From positions 13,694 to 77,693 of the forward strand of contig JBBRND010000015.1 in assembly GCA_038230515.1 (NCBI GenBank): 64,000 nt of DNA. Reading direction: 5' to 3'. The translations under genes and the position numbers were made by a program. The DNA is from Bacteroidia bacterium (GTDB lineage Bacteria > Bacteroidota > Bacteroidia > AKYH767-A > 2013-40CM-41-45). This document shows positions 40,627 to 50,708 of the stretch, in pieces (within the stretch, counting starts at the first letter, position 1; every line of letters starts with the position of its first letter). A model generated the notes under the pieces. The model ran no database searches and had not been told where the DNA came from. It saw nothing but the letters and a program-made list of their open reading frames with translations.

Positions 40627-40656
40627 TTACTTGCTTTGCTTTAATTACTTCAAACA

Positions 40657-41055
40657 TTGGCTTCAATTTTTTCCAAAATAATTTCAGGAGAAATTCCCTG
40701 CTACAAAATTGCAGAGAGCGAAAGTTGTTTTGCTTTTCTTGATATTTCCCCGCTTGCAAAAGGGCATACTTTAGTTGTTCCTAAAAAAGAAGTGGATTAT
40801 ATTTTCGACATTGAAGATGAGCTGCACAAAGAGCTTTGGGATTTTGCAAAAAAGGTTTCCCATGCTGTTAAGAAATCTGTTTCATGCAAACGTATTGGTG
40901 TTGCTGTGATCGGGCTTGAGGTGCCTCATGCGCACATTCACCTTATACCGATGAACCGCGTTAGCGATTTGAACTTTGCGATGCCGAAACTTTCTTTTTC
41001 TAAAGAAGAACTGGAAGGAACAGCGGAGGCGATCAGGAAAAATTTTACTGAATAG
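40657..41055 (+). CDS. HIT-family (histidine triad) nucleotide hydrolase.
   Basis: Has the HxHxHxx motif (PHAHIHLIP). Length is 132 aa. Confidence 0.85.
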   Translation: MASIFSKIISGEIPCYKIAESESCFAFLDISPLAKGHTLVVPKKEVDYIFDIEDELHKELWDFAKKVSHAVKKSVSCKRIGVAVIGLEVPHAHIHLIPMNRVSDLNFAMPKLSFSKEELEGTAEAIRKNFTE

Positions 41056-41125
41056 TTAATTCCTGAGTCATTAAAAATAACTCATAAGGTTTCTTTTTGG
41101 AAGGGTTGGATAAATTTTTTTAGCT

Positions 41126-41899
41126 CTATTGATTATTGTCTTCCAGAAATACTTCTGAAATTTTTGAAGTAAGTGTTTTGACTTTTTGCAAGGGAAGAAT
41201 AACTGAGGTTGCAAGCGGTTGCTGTTTTTGGGTTTTCTCTTTGCGAACATATTTTCTTCTGCGGCCGGGAACATTGTTAAGCTGGCGATCTATGAAATAT
41301 GAAACTCCGAGTTTTTCGTTTGCTTGAATTATGGTCATGAGCGGATCGAGTTGTTTTTGAATAATGGTGAGGCATTGATCTAACTGCGATTTAACCATGC
41401 GGGCTTGTTGTGCCTGCTCTTTAACGTTTTGAACCGGAATATTTTTGAATTGATTGTAGTGCTTCAGCTCAACTTCCAATATATTTATGATTTCAGGAGT
41501 TAAGCCGTAATGATCCGGATTTTTTATTTTACGTGCTGCGTTGAGTACCTGGCGACAACGACCGAGCGTGGTTTCTTCCTGAGGGCGATAGAAATCGCTG
41601 AAAGAATAACAAACATCATTTTTGAGAACCTTGTTGCCGGTAATTTGTGCGTAAGCATATACTCCGCAGCTAAGGTGATATGCGGCTTGTGAAAGTTTTC
41701 TTCTCATCTGCTTTTTGAAAGCTGATTTGGGTTCCATCGGTTGCCAATAAACACCTTTTACTTTATCCATGTGCTTACGGATGGATGCAATAACGGGAAT
41801 GAGCGCGGGGTATTTCTCAGCGAGCTTTTGCTCTTCGAGATTGCGAAGAATAAGATTGTAGCTGGAGATGCGGCTTTCTAATTTTTTTGAATCGGGCAT
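41126..41899 (-). CDS. Hypothetical protein.
   Basis: A 257-aa ORF with no recognised motif. Confidence 0.4.
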   Translation of the reverse strand: MPDSKKLESRISSYNLILRNLEEQKLAEKYPALIPVIASIRKHMDKVKGVYWQPMEPKSAFKKQMRRKLSQAAYHLSCGVYAYAQITGNKVLKNDVCYSFSDFYRPQEETTLGRCRQVLNAARKIKNPDHYGLTPEIINILEVELKHYNQFKNIPVQNVKEQAQQARMVKSQLDQCLTIIQKQLDPLMTIIQANEKLGVSYFIDRQLNNVPGRRRKYVRKEKTQKQQPLATSVILPLQKVKTLTSKISEVFLEDNNQ

Positions 41900-42673
41900 G
41901 GCAGATAAAGTTTGGTTTTGGTACGTAAATATTTTGTGCGTGTTTTAAAATTGTAAGATTTGCATTAAAAAAATCTTTAGCAAAGATGTTTTTAGCCAAT
42001 GTGGTGCTGCAAATGTGTTGTGCAGAAATGGAAGAAGTTGTTGCAGCAATGAGAAAAGGTGTTGCACAGCGATAAATTTTTTATGCAACAATATGAATCT
42101 TCATTGCCTGAAATGATATGGTAAAAATGAAGTACCCTCCCTGATTTTTGGATTGACGGATGAGATAAAATATAAAGAGGATGGTATTTTTGCCAAGATG
42201 CAATTGATTACTTCTGACGAGTACTTATTTCCTGCACTGATGCGTGAATTTAATGCTAGACTGTAAGTGAAAAGAGAGATGATGGATAAGAATAAAGGGA
42301 AAAAGTATGTTGTAAATTATAAAAGGGATGTTGAGAGAAAGAGATGTCGCGCCTTGCATGATGAAGTGGTGGAATTATCAGGAAGAGGGAAATAGTTTAT
42401 TACTCAAGCCGCATGCTGGGTTGGGTAAGGGCGGTTCGAAAAAAGGGCGCTGGCGCACAGCGATTTTTGGCTGCTTGAAATAGTTGCTACAAAGCGAGTA
42501 CTGATTAAGCTAAACCCGATTGAAAGGAAAAGCCCGCGCTAACGAAGTACTTGCTTAGAAGAGAGGGATGCCGAAACAAGTTCGACATGACAGGGTGAAG
42601 TGAGGCGCGGCTTTGGGATGAAAGCGGGAGGGCAGGGAATTAAAAGCTGGGGAGTGTCTTTTCTAAAAAAAAA

Positions 42674-43243
42674 TTATTGCGTGACGAGACGCGAAGGGTT
42701 GTCGGTGAGGAATGCTTTCCAACCGCCACTCAATTTGGTTTTTGTTGCACCTGATTTATTGTGCTGAAAAAAATGACAGACGGAGGCGGCTAGCCCGTCA
42801 GTAGCATCTAATTTTTTTGGGAGTTCTTTTATGTTTAAAAGAGTTTGCAGCATGGATGCGACTTGTTCTTTGGATGCGTTTCCATTTCCGGTGATGGATT
42901 GTTTTATTTTTTTGGGAGAGTATTCGAAAATGGGAATAGTTCGGAACAGGCCTGCTGCCATTGCTACACCTTGCGCTCTACCGAGCTTTAACATGGACTG
43001 AACATTTTTTCCGAAGAAGGGGGCTTCGATTGCTAGATCATCGGGTTTGTATTTATCAATGAGTGAAAGGGTGTACTCAAAAATTGTTTTGAGTTTGAGG
43101 GCGTGGTCATTCAGTTTGTTGAGGTAAAGTACGCCAAGGTCAATTAACTCCATGTGGTTTCCTTTTACTGCAATTAGCCCGTAGCCCATAATGGTTGTGC
43201 CGGGGTCAATGCCAAGAATAATTTTATCTGCAGCGGGCTTCAC
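42674..43243 (-). CDS. ruvC: Crossover junction endodeoxyribonuclease RuvC.
   Basis: Has the N-terminal [16 protein letters not shown] and further acidic catalytic residues. Length is 189 aa. Confidence 0.9.
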   Translation of the reverse strand: MKPAADKIILGIDPGTTIMGYGLIAVKGNHMELIDLGVLYLNKLNDHALKLKTIFEYTLSLIDKYKPDDLAIEAPFFGKNVQSMLKLGRAQGVAMAAGLFRTIPIFEYSPKKIKQSITGNGNASKEQVASMLQTLLNIKELPKKLDATDGLAASVCHFFQHNKSGATKTKLSGGWKAFLTDNPSRLVTQ

Positions 43244-43318
43244 TTTTATTTATTAAAAGCTGGTGTGGTTAAAATGGAAGTGTAGTTTACTTATTACGAA
43301 TAACTTTGTGTTATCCTT

Positions 43319-44317
43319 GTGACGAGTATGCAGCAAAGTAATAGAAATAAGTTCAACCGATACGGGTCGGGTGTGATCAAGTTATTGATAGCTGTGGTTG
43401 CTTTTATTTTTATTTACAAGGAGGTAATAAGGAAAGAGGATTTTTCGAGTGTTGTAAATGAATACAGGAATATTCTGAGTATTCCTGAAAGCAAGCCCGA
43501 GTTTGTTTTCGTTTTTGTGTTGATGTTTGCGAATTGGTCGCTTGAAGCGGTGAAATGGAAATGGATGATGCGAAGGTTGGAGGTGATTTCGTTTCCGCGC
43601 TCGCTTGCTGCGATTTTTTCCGGACTGACGGTTAGTTTTTTTACTCCCAACCGTATCGGGGAGTACGCGGGGAGGGTATTTCACCTTCGTACTGCTGACC
43701 GCATTAAAGCAACTCTAATTACGATTCTTGAAAATTTGAGTCAACTTATAATTACGGTATTGGTTGGTTGCATCAGTTTGATTTTTTATTTGAATGAGTA
43801 CGTGGAGTTGCATGAATATATTTTATGGGTAATCGGAGTTTTGATGATAATTTTTTCAGGAGTTCTCCTTCTTCTTTTCTTTGAGGTTCCCCTACTTGAT
43901 GCGTCCATCCTTAAAATAAAAAGGTTGAGCCGGTTCCGTAAGTATCTCGAAATTCTTTCAGGATACAGAAAGTCTGAACTATTTGTTTTGCTCAACCTTG
44001 CTCTTCTTCGCTACATTGTTTTTACACTTCAGTTTTTTCTTCTGCTGAAAATTTTCGGAATAGAATCAACGATCGGAACATCTGTTCTTCTCATCAACAT
44101 GATTTTTTTTGTGATGACTCTTGTTCCTACATTTGCATTAAGCGAACTGGGGGTTCGCGGAGCGGTGGCAACTTATTTTCTTTCCAAAATTTCTTCTGAC
44201 TCTCTTGCAATTCTGAATGCATCGGTTTCGCTTTGGATCATTAACCTGGTGATTCCAGCTTTGATTGGAATCGTGTTTATTTTTCAGTTTCGTTTTAACC
44301 GGGAAATTCCATCGTGA
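43319..44317 (+). CDS. Lysylphosphatidylglycerol-synthase-TM-like / flippase-like membrane protein (UPF0104).
   Basis: A polytopic membrane protein. It is translationally coupled (TGATGG overlap) to the downstream family-2 glycosyltransferase, an arrangement typical of this family. Confidence 0.5.
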   Translation: MTSMQQSNRNKFNRYGSGVIKLLIAVVAFIFIYKEVIRKEDFSSVVNEYRNILSIPESKPEFVFVFVLMFANWSLEAVKWKWMMRRLEVISFPRSLAAIFSGLTVSFFTPNRIGEYAGRVFHLRTADRIKATLITILENLSQLIITVLVGCISLIFYLNEYVELHEYILWVIGVLMIIFSGVLLLLFFEVPLLDASILKIKRLSRFRKYLEILSGYRKSELFVLLNLALLRYIVFTLQFFLLLKIFGIESTIGTSVLLINMIFFVMTLVPTFALSELGVRGAVATYFLSKISSDSLAILNASVSLWIINLVIPALIGIVFIFQFRFNREIPS

Positions 44318-45453
44318 TGGAGTTGCTTGGATATTTAATAATTCTGCTTTCAGTTGCATATGCATCTTTTCTATTTTGGTGTTTTATTGGATGGAATAAA
44401 CTAAAAAGTTATTTGTCGCTTGAAACCACGTCACAAACTTTTGTTTCAGTAATTATTCCCTGCAGAAATGAAGAAGACCACATCGAAAATTGCTTGCGGG
44501 ATTTCATTCAACAGAATTACCCGAAAAATCTTTTTGAGATCATTGTTGCGGATGATCATTCAACAGATCTGACAACTCAAGCAATTGAAAAATTCATTCA
44601 TGATTTTCCCGAAATGAACATCCGGTTGATCAAAATGAAAGAAATGGATGAAAAAAAAATGTACAAGAAGCAGGCAATTACAGAAGCTATAAAAATTTCG
44701 AAAGGGGAACTCATCATTACAACAGATGCAGATTGCAGAAAGGGTGTGAACTGGATAACTTCTTTGGCGAGTTATTATGAAACGTATCATCCGGAAATGA
44801 TGAGCGCGCCAGTAGTTTTTGAGAATGAAAGGAGTTTGCTTGAAAAAGTTCAATCGCTTGAATTTCTGGGACTGATTGGAATTGGAGCTTCTGCAATTAA
44901 AAATAGAAAACCGTTTCTCTGTAATGGTGCCAATCTTGCATTCACAAGAAAAGTTTTTGATGAAGTGGGGGGGTATCAGTCAGTAAAAAATATTTCTAGT
45001 GGTGACGACACGCAACTGATGTTGAAAATTGCCGAGCTTAGCAATAGTACTATTCACTTTGTGAAATCGCTTGATGCAAAAGTTTCCACTACTGCTAAAA
45101 GTACAATTTCAGAATTGTTTCATCAGCGTAAACGTTGGGCTTCAAAAATCACTGTACAGATGAATAGTTTCACAATTCTTATTGCCACAGTGGCGTATCT
45201 TCTTCATACAGGGCTTTTACTGTGTTGCTTTTTTATTTTTTCAGGAAAGAGTATTCCATTTTTAATATTTGCAATTTCCTTAAAAATAATTCCGGAGTTC
45301 ATGTTGCTGAAAAGTGTTACCAAGTTCTTTCGAAAACAGAATCTATTGTGGCTATTTTTGCCCGCTGAAATTATTTATCCAGTATATATTTTCACAGTCG
45401 GTCTTTCCTCTATCTTCGGTACGTACGAATGGAAAGGAAGGAGAGTCAATTAA
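44314..45453 (+). CDS. Family 2 glycosyltransferase with a C-terminal membrane domain.
   Basis: Contains VIIPCRNEEDHIENCL and a DAD motif (ITTDADC), with C-terminal TM helices. Confidence 0.75.
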   Translation: MMELLGYLIILLSVAYASFLFWCFIGWNKLKSYLSLETTSQTFVSVIIPCRNEEDHIENCLRDFIQQNYPKNLFEIIVADDHSTDLTTQAIEKFIHDFPEMNIRLIKMKEMDEKKMYKKQAITEAIKISKGELIITTDADCRKGVNWITSLASYYETYHPEMMSAPVVFENERSLLEKVQSLEFLGLIGIGASAIKNRKPFLCNGANLAFTRKVFDEVGGYQSVKNISSGDDTQLMLKIAELSNSTIHFVKSLDAKVSTTAKSTISELFHQRKRWASKITVQMNSFTILIATVAYLLHTGLLLCCFFIFSGKSIPFLIFAISLKIIPEFMLLKSVTKFFRKQNLLWLFLPAEIIYPVYIFTVGLSSIFGTYEWKGRRVN

Positions 45454-45471
45454 TTTTATTTTTATGCTTAC

Positions 45472-46689
45472 ATGAAAACGAGGAACGAGTCAGGGTCAAA
45501 GAAAGCATGGCGAAGGTTTAGAAAAAACCGGTTGGCAATAATTGGATTGTTCTTTATTATTTTGATTTCTCTTGTTGCCACTTTTTGTTATGTAATAATT
45601 CCCGACCGCACTCCTGAAGCGGGTAGGATATGCTTGCCGATAAGTAATGAGCCACCCGGATTTCATGTAACTATGCTTCATGTAATGGGAAATAAAACCA
45701 TTTTGATACCGGATTTCGTTTCAAAAGTTTTCCTGGGCGTGCCTGCCAATGATATTTACCTTCCTATAAGCAGCTACCGCTTTGAAGGAACCGATATTGT
45801 TGTGAAGGAGTTTTCAAGTGCTGGCGATTCAAGTCTAGAAAGCCGCTTCAATATTGCCAATGTTGTATATTCAATTCGCCCCGAGAAAAAAATTATTGAG
45901 CGCAATGGTGGACTTTTTTTTGAAACTTCAAGTGGGGAAGTAGCGGAAGAATCAATAAATGATATGCAAAAGATTATTGAGGGTCAGTACCTGGTTGAGA
46001 AGAAATTTATTCTTGGAACAGATCGCTTCGGACGCGATGTATTTAGCCGTTTACTTACCGGAACTCGTGTTACAATGTTAGTGGGTGTGATCTCAGTTCT
46101 TATTTCATTGATTATTGGATTTTTTGTTGGCTTTCTTGCCGGTATTTTCAGAGGAAAAATTGATCAATTTATTTTATGGATTATTAATGTTGCATGGTCG
46201 GTTCCCGCCTTCCTGCTAGTCATTGTCATCAGCATTGTGTTTGGGAAGGGATTCATTCAAACGTTTATTGCAGTCGGGTGTACTTTATGGGTGCCAGTTG
46301 CTCAGATTGTAAGAGCTAAGATATTGAACACTTATGAAAAGGAGTATATTAGTTCAGCACATGAACTAGGCATCTCAAAAGTCACAATTTTTTTCAGGCA
46401 TATTCTTCCGCCTGGTTTCGCCCCCGTACTTATAGTTGCTGTAGCAAATTTTTCAGCAAGCATTCTAATTGAAAGCGGACTTGATTTTCTCAGCATCGGG
46501 GTGCAATCGGTTGTGCCAACCTGGGGCGGAATGATCAAAGAAAATTTCGGGTACATTATGACTTCAGGTTCCGCTTACCTCACCATACTCCCTGGACTTG
46601 CCATCATCCTTGTATCAATGGCATTAACTTTTGTCGGAAATGGGTTGCGCACTGCTTTTGATTCGCAGCAACAAGTCAGCGTTCAGTAA
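45472..46689 (+). CDS. ABC transporter permease (DppC/OppC-type, with an N-terminal extension).
   Basis: Has a BPD_transp_1-like core (GTDRFGRDVFSRLL ... EAA-like loop SSAHELGISKVTIFFRHILP). Length is 405 aa. Confidence 0.7.
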   Translation: MKTRNESGSKKAWRRFRKNRLAIIGLFFIILISLVATFCYVIIPDRTPEAGRICLPISNEPPGFHVTMLHVMGNKTILIPDFVSKVFLGVPANDIYLPISSYRFEGTDIVVKEFSSAGDSSLESRFNIANVVYSIRPEKKIIERNGGLFFETSSGEVAEESINDMQKIIEGQYLVEKKFILGTDRFGRDVFSRLLTGTRVTMLVGVISVLISLIIGFFVGFLAGIFRGKIDQFILWIINVAWSVPAFLLVIVISIVFGKGFIQTFIAVGCTLWVPVAQIVRAKILNTYEKEYISSAHELGISKVTIFFRHILPPGFAPVLIVAVANFSASILIESGLDFLSIGVQSVVPTWGGMIKENFGYIMTSGSAYLTILPGLAIILVSMALTFVGNGLRTAFDSQQQVSVQ

Positions 46690-46693
46690 AAAA

Positions 46694-47446
46694 TCAGAGC
46701 GAGGAGTTTTTTATGCCTTGCGATACAACTTTCGACAAATGTTTTTCTTTCACACAGCGCTGCATGGCTTCCATGTGGCGGATGCCATGCATATCGCTGC
46801 CAATAAAATCAATCATGTTTTCATTTATCATCCGCTGTCCGATTTTTTTTGCTTCCGGTCCGTAATAACCTTCTAAGGAATTTGTGTTGAGTTGTAGAAG
46901 CACACCAGCTTCTTTAAACTTATGATATTCTTCAAACTTATTGTACCAATAAGGATAACGTTCAGGATGTGCGAGAACAGGAGTAAAGCCCGCAATCTGA
47001 ATATCGAAAATAACCTGGCTTATATTATCAGGTGGATTGATATAAGAAACTTCAAACAGAACATATTTTTTATTTATAGTGAGAAGTTTTTTCTCCCTGA
47101 TAAATTTTCTGAAATCCTCATCAAAATAATACTCGGCTGCCGCTTCGATCTCGACATTTAATCCTTCTGCTTTTGCTGCTGCTCTTAGCTTATCTAATCC
47201 GCCTAAAATGATTTCAGGAGTATTACGAAATGCATCGCTCATGATGTGCGGAGTGGTGATCAATTTTTTAAATCCAAGAGCGATGTATTGTTTAATGAGG
47301 TCAATGGATTCTTGCATCGTCTTGCTTCCGTCATCAATTCCCGGAATGAGATGCGAATGCATATCAACAGTAACAGAAGAATAATCGGCTAGTGCCGGAT
47401 AGTTGAGGTCTTCTTTTTTGCCGAATATGTTTTTTATAAATGACAT
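46694..47446 (-). CDS. CpsB/YwqE-type PHP-family protein-tyrosine phosphatase (capsular polysaccharide biosynthesis).
   Basis: Contains VDMHSHLIPGIDDGSK and later HPERY motifs. The start was chosen at the internal MSFIKN to avoid overlap with the upstream epimerase gene. Confidence 0.75.
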   Translation of the reverse strand: MSFIKNIFGKKEDLNYPALADYSSVTVDMHSHLIPGIDDGSKTMQESIDLIKQYIALGFKKLITTPHIMSDAFRNTPEIILGGLDKLRAAAKAEGLNVEIEAAAEYYFDEDFRKFIREKKLLTINKKYVLFEVSYINPPDNISQVIFDIQIAGFTPVLAHPERYPYWYNKFEEYHKFKEAGVLLQLNTNSLEGYYGPEAKKIGQRMINENMIDFIGSDMHGIRHMEAMQRCVKEKHLSKVVSQGIKNSSL

Positions 47447-47468
47447 TCGTGAAATTGATTCCGAAATC

Positions 47469-48458
47469 TTATTTGTTGTTCTTTTTGTACCACTCAAACG
47501 CAATCTTCAATCCTTCTTTTACAAATACTGTTGGGTTGTACCCAACAAGATTTTTTGTTTTTGAAATGTCAGCCAAGGAATTTCGAATATCTCCTGCGCG
47601 GGTTTCTCGATGAGTTGGCTTTACGGTTGAGCCACCGATTTCCGCAATGATATTATACAGTTCATTTACGGAAATTTTTTCTCCAACCGCAACGTTGTAA
47701 ATCTGATTGAGAGCTTCTTTTTTCTCTGCAAAGAATGATTTGATGTTTGCCTGAACTGCATTCTCCACAAAAGTAAAATCGCGTGTCTGCTCACCGTCAC
47801 CATCAATGAATGGTGCAGTTTTATTTATAGCTGACTGCATGAAGAGAGGTATAACTGCTGCATAAGCGCCTTCAGGACTTTGATTCGGACCGAACACATT
47901 GAAGTAGCGCAGCCCGAGGATTTCCATGTTGTAAGTTGTAGCGAATACTCTTGCATACAACTCATTTGTTTTTTTTGTGACCGCATAAGGTGATAAGGGA
48001 TTGCCCGTTTCATCTTCTTTTTTCGGAAGAACAGGGTGATCTCCATACACGGATGATGAACTCGCATACACAAACCGTTTTGCCTTTGCATCACGCGTAG
48101 CAACAAGCATGTTCAAAAAACCTGTTGCATTTACTGAGTGAGTTGCAATAGGATCCTTTACTGAGCGTGGTACAGATCCCAATGCTGCCTGATGATTTAC
48201 ATAATCAATTTCCTTGCAAACAGCATGACATGTATTCAGGCTAGTAATGTCTCCTTGAATAAATTCAAAATTTTTAAGAGACAAAAATGGTTCAATATTT
48301 TTCTTAGAGCTTGTCGAGAGATTATCAAGCACGCGGACTTTTCCCGCACTATGTTTTAACAGATACTCAACAATATTGCTTCCGATAAATCCGCAGCCAC
48401 CGGTAACGAGAAAAGATAGATTCGATAAATCGGCTTTATGAAAAGGTGTTTCGTACAT
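47469..48458 (-). CDS. NAD-dependent nucleotide-sugar 4-epimerase (WbpP/TviC-like).
   Basis: Has an N-terminal Rossmann motif (TGGCGFIGSN), a YxxxK motif (YAVTK) and the SDR extended-family layout. Confidence 0.75.
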   Translation of the reverse strand: MYETPFHKADLSNLSFLVTGGCGFIGSNIVEYLLKHSAGKVRVLDNLSTSSKKNIEPFLSLKNFEFIQGDITSLNTCHAVCKEIDYVNHQAALGSVPRSVKDPIATHSVNATGFLNMLVATRDAKAKRFVYASSSSVYGDHPVLPKKEDETGNPLSPYAVTKKTNELYARVFATTYNMEILGLRYFNVFGPNQSPEGAYAAVIPLFMQSAINKTAPFIDGDGEQTRDFTFVENAVQANIKSFFAEKKEALNQIYNVAVGEKISVNELYNIIAEIGGSTVKPTHRETRAGDIRNSLADISKTKNLVGYNPTVFVKEGLKIAFEWYKKNNK

Positions 48459-48499
48459 ACTTCTTTTACTATTTTTTTCGAATAACTAATAACCAACAA

Positions 48500-49579
48500 C
48501 TATCTGTGTGTGTATTGCTTCTCGTAGTAATTCAAATAATCTCCTGATGTCACCTGCTTCAGCCATTCCTGGTTTGCGAGATACCAGTCAACAGTTTTTT
48601 CAAGACCTTCTTCAAACTGAAGTGAAGGAGTCCAACCAAGTTCGCGTTGGAACTTTGAAGAGTCAATTGCATAGCGCAAGTCATGACCTGCACGGTCTTT
48701 CACAAAGGTGATCAACTTCATTGATGTTCCTTCTTCACGTTTTAGTTTTTTATCCATGATCTTGCAGAGTAGTTGAATGAGATCGATGTTTGTCCATTCA
48801 TTGTGTCCACCAATGTTGTAAGTATCACCAACTTTTCCTTTGTGAAAAATGGTATCAATAGCCCGCGCATGGTCTTCAACAAACAACCAGTCACGAATGT
48901 TTTCTCCCTTGCCATACACCGGAACAGGAATTAAATTGAGGATATTATGAATGGTAAGCGGAATTAGTTTCTCAGGAAAGTGGAACGAACCGTAATTATT
49001 AGAGCAGTTTGAAATAACGGTTGGCAAACCAAACGTATCATGATATGCTCTCACAAAATGATCACTGCTTGCTTTGGAAGCAGAGTAGGGGCTGTGTGGA
49101 TCATAGGAGGTTTCCTCTGTAAAGAATCCTACCTGATCAAGAGAGCCATACACCTCATCGGTACTCACATGGTAAAATAAATTCCGATTTCCATTTTGCG
49201 AACTGCGAACTGCGAACTGCCAATTTTTTTTAGCTGAGTTCAATAAATTCACTGTACCAATTACATTGGTCATTACAAAATCAATCGGGTTCGAAATACT
49301 ACGGTCAACGTGGCTTTCTGCTGCAAGATGGATGACAGAATCAAATTTGTACTCAGAGAAAAGTTCTTGCAGAAAATTGCCATCAACGATATTCCCTTTT
49401 ACGAATTCGTAGTTTGCTTTATCTTCAATGTCGCGCAGGTTTGCAAGATTCCCTGCATACGTTAGTGCATCAAGATTCACAATTTTGTAATCTGGATATT
49501 TGTTGACAAACAAACGTACAACATGCGACCCGATGAATCCTGCACCTCCCGTTATTAATATATTTTTATTCATCTTCAA
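48500..49579 (-). CDS. rfbB: dTDP-glucose 4,6-dehydratase.
   Basis: Contains ILITGGAGFIGSHVVR, the TDEVYG segment and a YSASKA motif. Confidence 0.85.
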   Translation of the reverse strand: MKMNKNILITGGAGFIGSHVVRLFVNKYPDYKIVNLDALTYAGNLANLRDIEDKANYEFVKGNIVDGNFLQELFSEYKFDSVIHLAAESHVDRSISNPIDFVMTNVIGTVNLLNSAKKNWQFAVRSSQNGNRNLFYHVSTDEVYGSLDQVGFFTEETSYDPHSPYSASKASSDHFVRAYHDTFGLPTVISNCSNNYGSFHFPEKLIPLTIHNILNLIPVPVYGKGENIRDWLFVEDHARAIDTIFHKGKVGDTYNIGGHNEWTNIDLIQLLCKIMDKKLKREEGTSMKLITFVKDRAGHDLRYAIDSSKFQRELGWTPSLQFEEGLEKTVDWYLANQEWLKQVTSGDYLNYYEKQYTHR

Positions 49580-49583
49580 ATTT

Positions 49584-50606
49584 TCAAATCACTAAATCAG
49601 CCAATCGGTTTTCCCATTTCCATGCGCTCCGCATAATATCTTCCAAAGATAATTCTGCTTTCCATCCTAATTCAAAATTGGCAAGTTTTGTATCAGCCCA
49701 AACTTTTACAACATCACCGGCACGCCTTTCGCCAATCTTGTAATTAACTTTTACATCGTTCACGTTTTCGAACGCATTAATAGCTTGCAACACAGTATTA
49801 CCAGTTCCTGTTCCGAGATTAAAAATTTCAAACTTTTTTTTATTTTTTTTATTAAGTAAGCGCTCTACGGCAACGATGTGCGCCTTTGCAATATCAACCA
49901 CATGAATGTAATCACGGATGCAGGAACCATCGGGTGTGTCGTAGTCACTTCCAAACACAGTAATACTCTCCCTCTTGCCAATTGCTGTTTGTGTAATTAC
50001 CGGAACTAAATTATTCGGTGGACTCAATGGATATTCTCCAATCAATGCGCTTTCATGTGCACCTGCCGGATTGAAATAACGTAACGCAATTCCTGAAAAT
50101 TTATTTACACGACTCGCATCAGTTAAAATTTCTTCCCCGATTTGTTTTGTATTTCCGTAAGGCGACTCAGCTTTTGCAAGCGGAGCAGATTCATCAATCG
50201 GTAATTTGGTTTGATCGCCATACACGGAGCAACTTGATGAGAATAAAAAGTTGTCGAGTTTTTTTTCTTTGTAAACGTCAAGAAGATTTATTAGGGAGAG
50301 AAGGTTGTTCCGGTAGTACATCAACGGATTCTCTACAGATTCTCCCACTGCCTTGAAAGCCGCGAAGTGAATGGTAGCATCAATTTTATTCTCGTTGAAA
50401 AAACGATTTACTTTTTCCTTATCGCATAAATCGAATTGATGAAAAGCGGGTTTCTTTCCTGTGATCTTTTCAATTGAATTCAATACTTCAACCCGCGAGT
50501 TGCTTAAGTTGTCAATAATAAAAACGTCATAACCCTTCGCCAGCAACTCAACGGTTGTGTGAGAGCCGATATAACCTGTACCGCCTGTGACAAGAATACT
50601 TTTCAC
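49584..50606 (-). CDS. galE: UDP-glucose 4-epimerase.
   Basis: Contains ILVTGGTGYIGSHT and YGNTK. Length is 340 aa. Confidence 0.85.
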   Translation of the reverse strand: MKSILVTGGTGYIGSHTTVELLAKGYDVFIIDNLSNSRVEVLNSIEKITGKKPAFHQFDLCDKEKVNRFFNENKIDATIHFAAFKAVGESVENPLMYYRNNLLSLINLLDVYKEKKLDNFLFSSSCSVYGDQTKLPIDESAPLAKAESPYGNTKQIGEEILTDASRVNKFSGIALRYFNPAGAHESALIGEYPLSPPNNLVPVITQTAIGKRESITVFGSDYDTPDGSCIRDYIHVVDIAKAHIVAVERLLNKKNKKKFEIFNLGTGTGNTVLQAINAFENVNDVKVNYKIGERRAGDVVKVWADTKLANFELGWKAELSLEDIMRSAWKWENRLADLVI

Positions 50607-50708
50607 TCCAGTATTTTTTCTATTGTTCGAATTGTAAATGGTTTTGAATTTACGAATGAATAAATCAGGGAATGGATTCGTAAATTCGGATACATTCGTT
50701 ATTCGTAC

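Noticed and set aside
42400-42673. RNase P RNA or tmRNA
   Set aside because: There are partial resemblances to M1 RNA P4/P10-like strings and to the tmRNA 5' end. However, the conserved P4 pairings (GGAAAGUCCGGGCUCC ... ACAGAACCCGGCUUA) and a tRNA-like 3' end (GGUUCGAUUCC...CCA) are absent. A full-length molecule would also have to overlap the clearly genuine ruvC CDS. It is kept only as an unspecified ncRNA candidate.
46694-47503. Full 269-aa extent of the CpsB-like phosphatase ORF, which overlaps the epimerase gene by 35 nt
   Set aside because: The upstream extension (MRLSGTKRTTNKISESISR) has no family counterpart. An internal Met (MSFIKN) gives a start that removes the overlap, so the shorter model was preferred.
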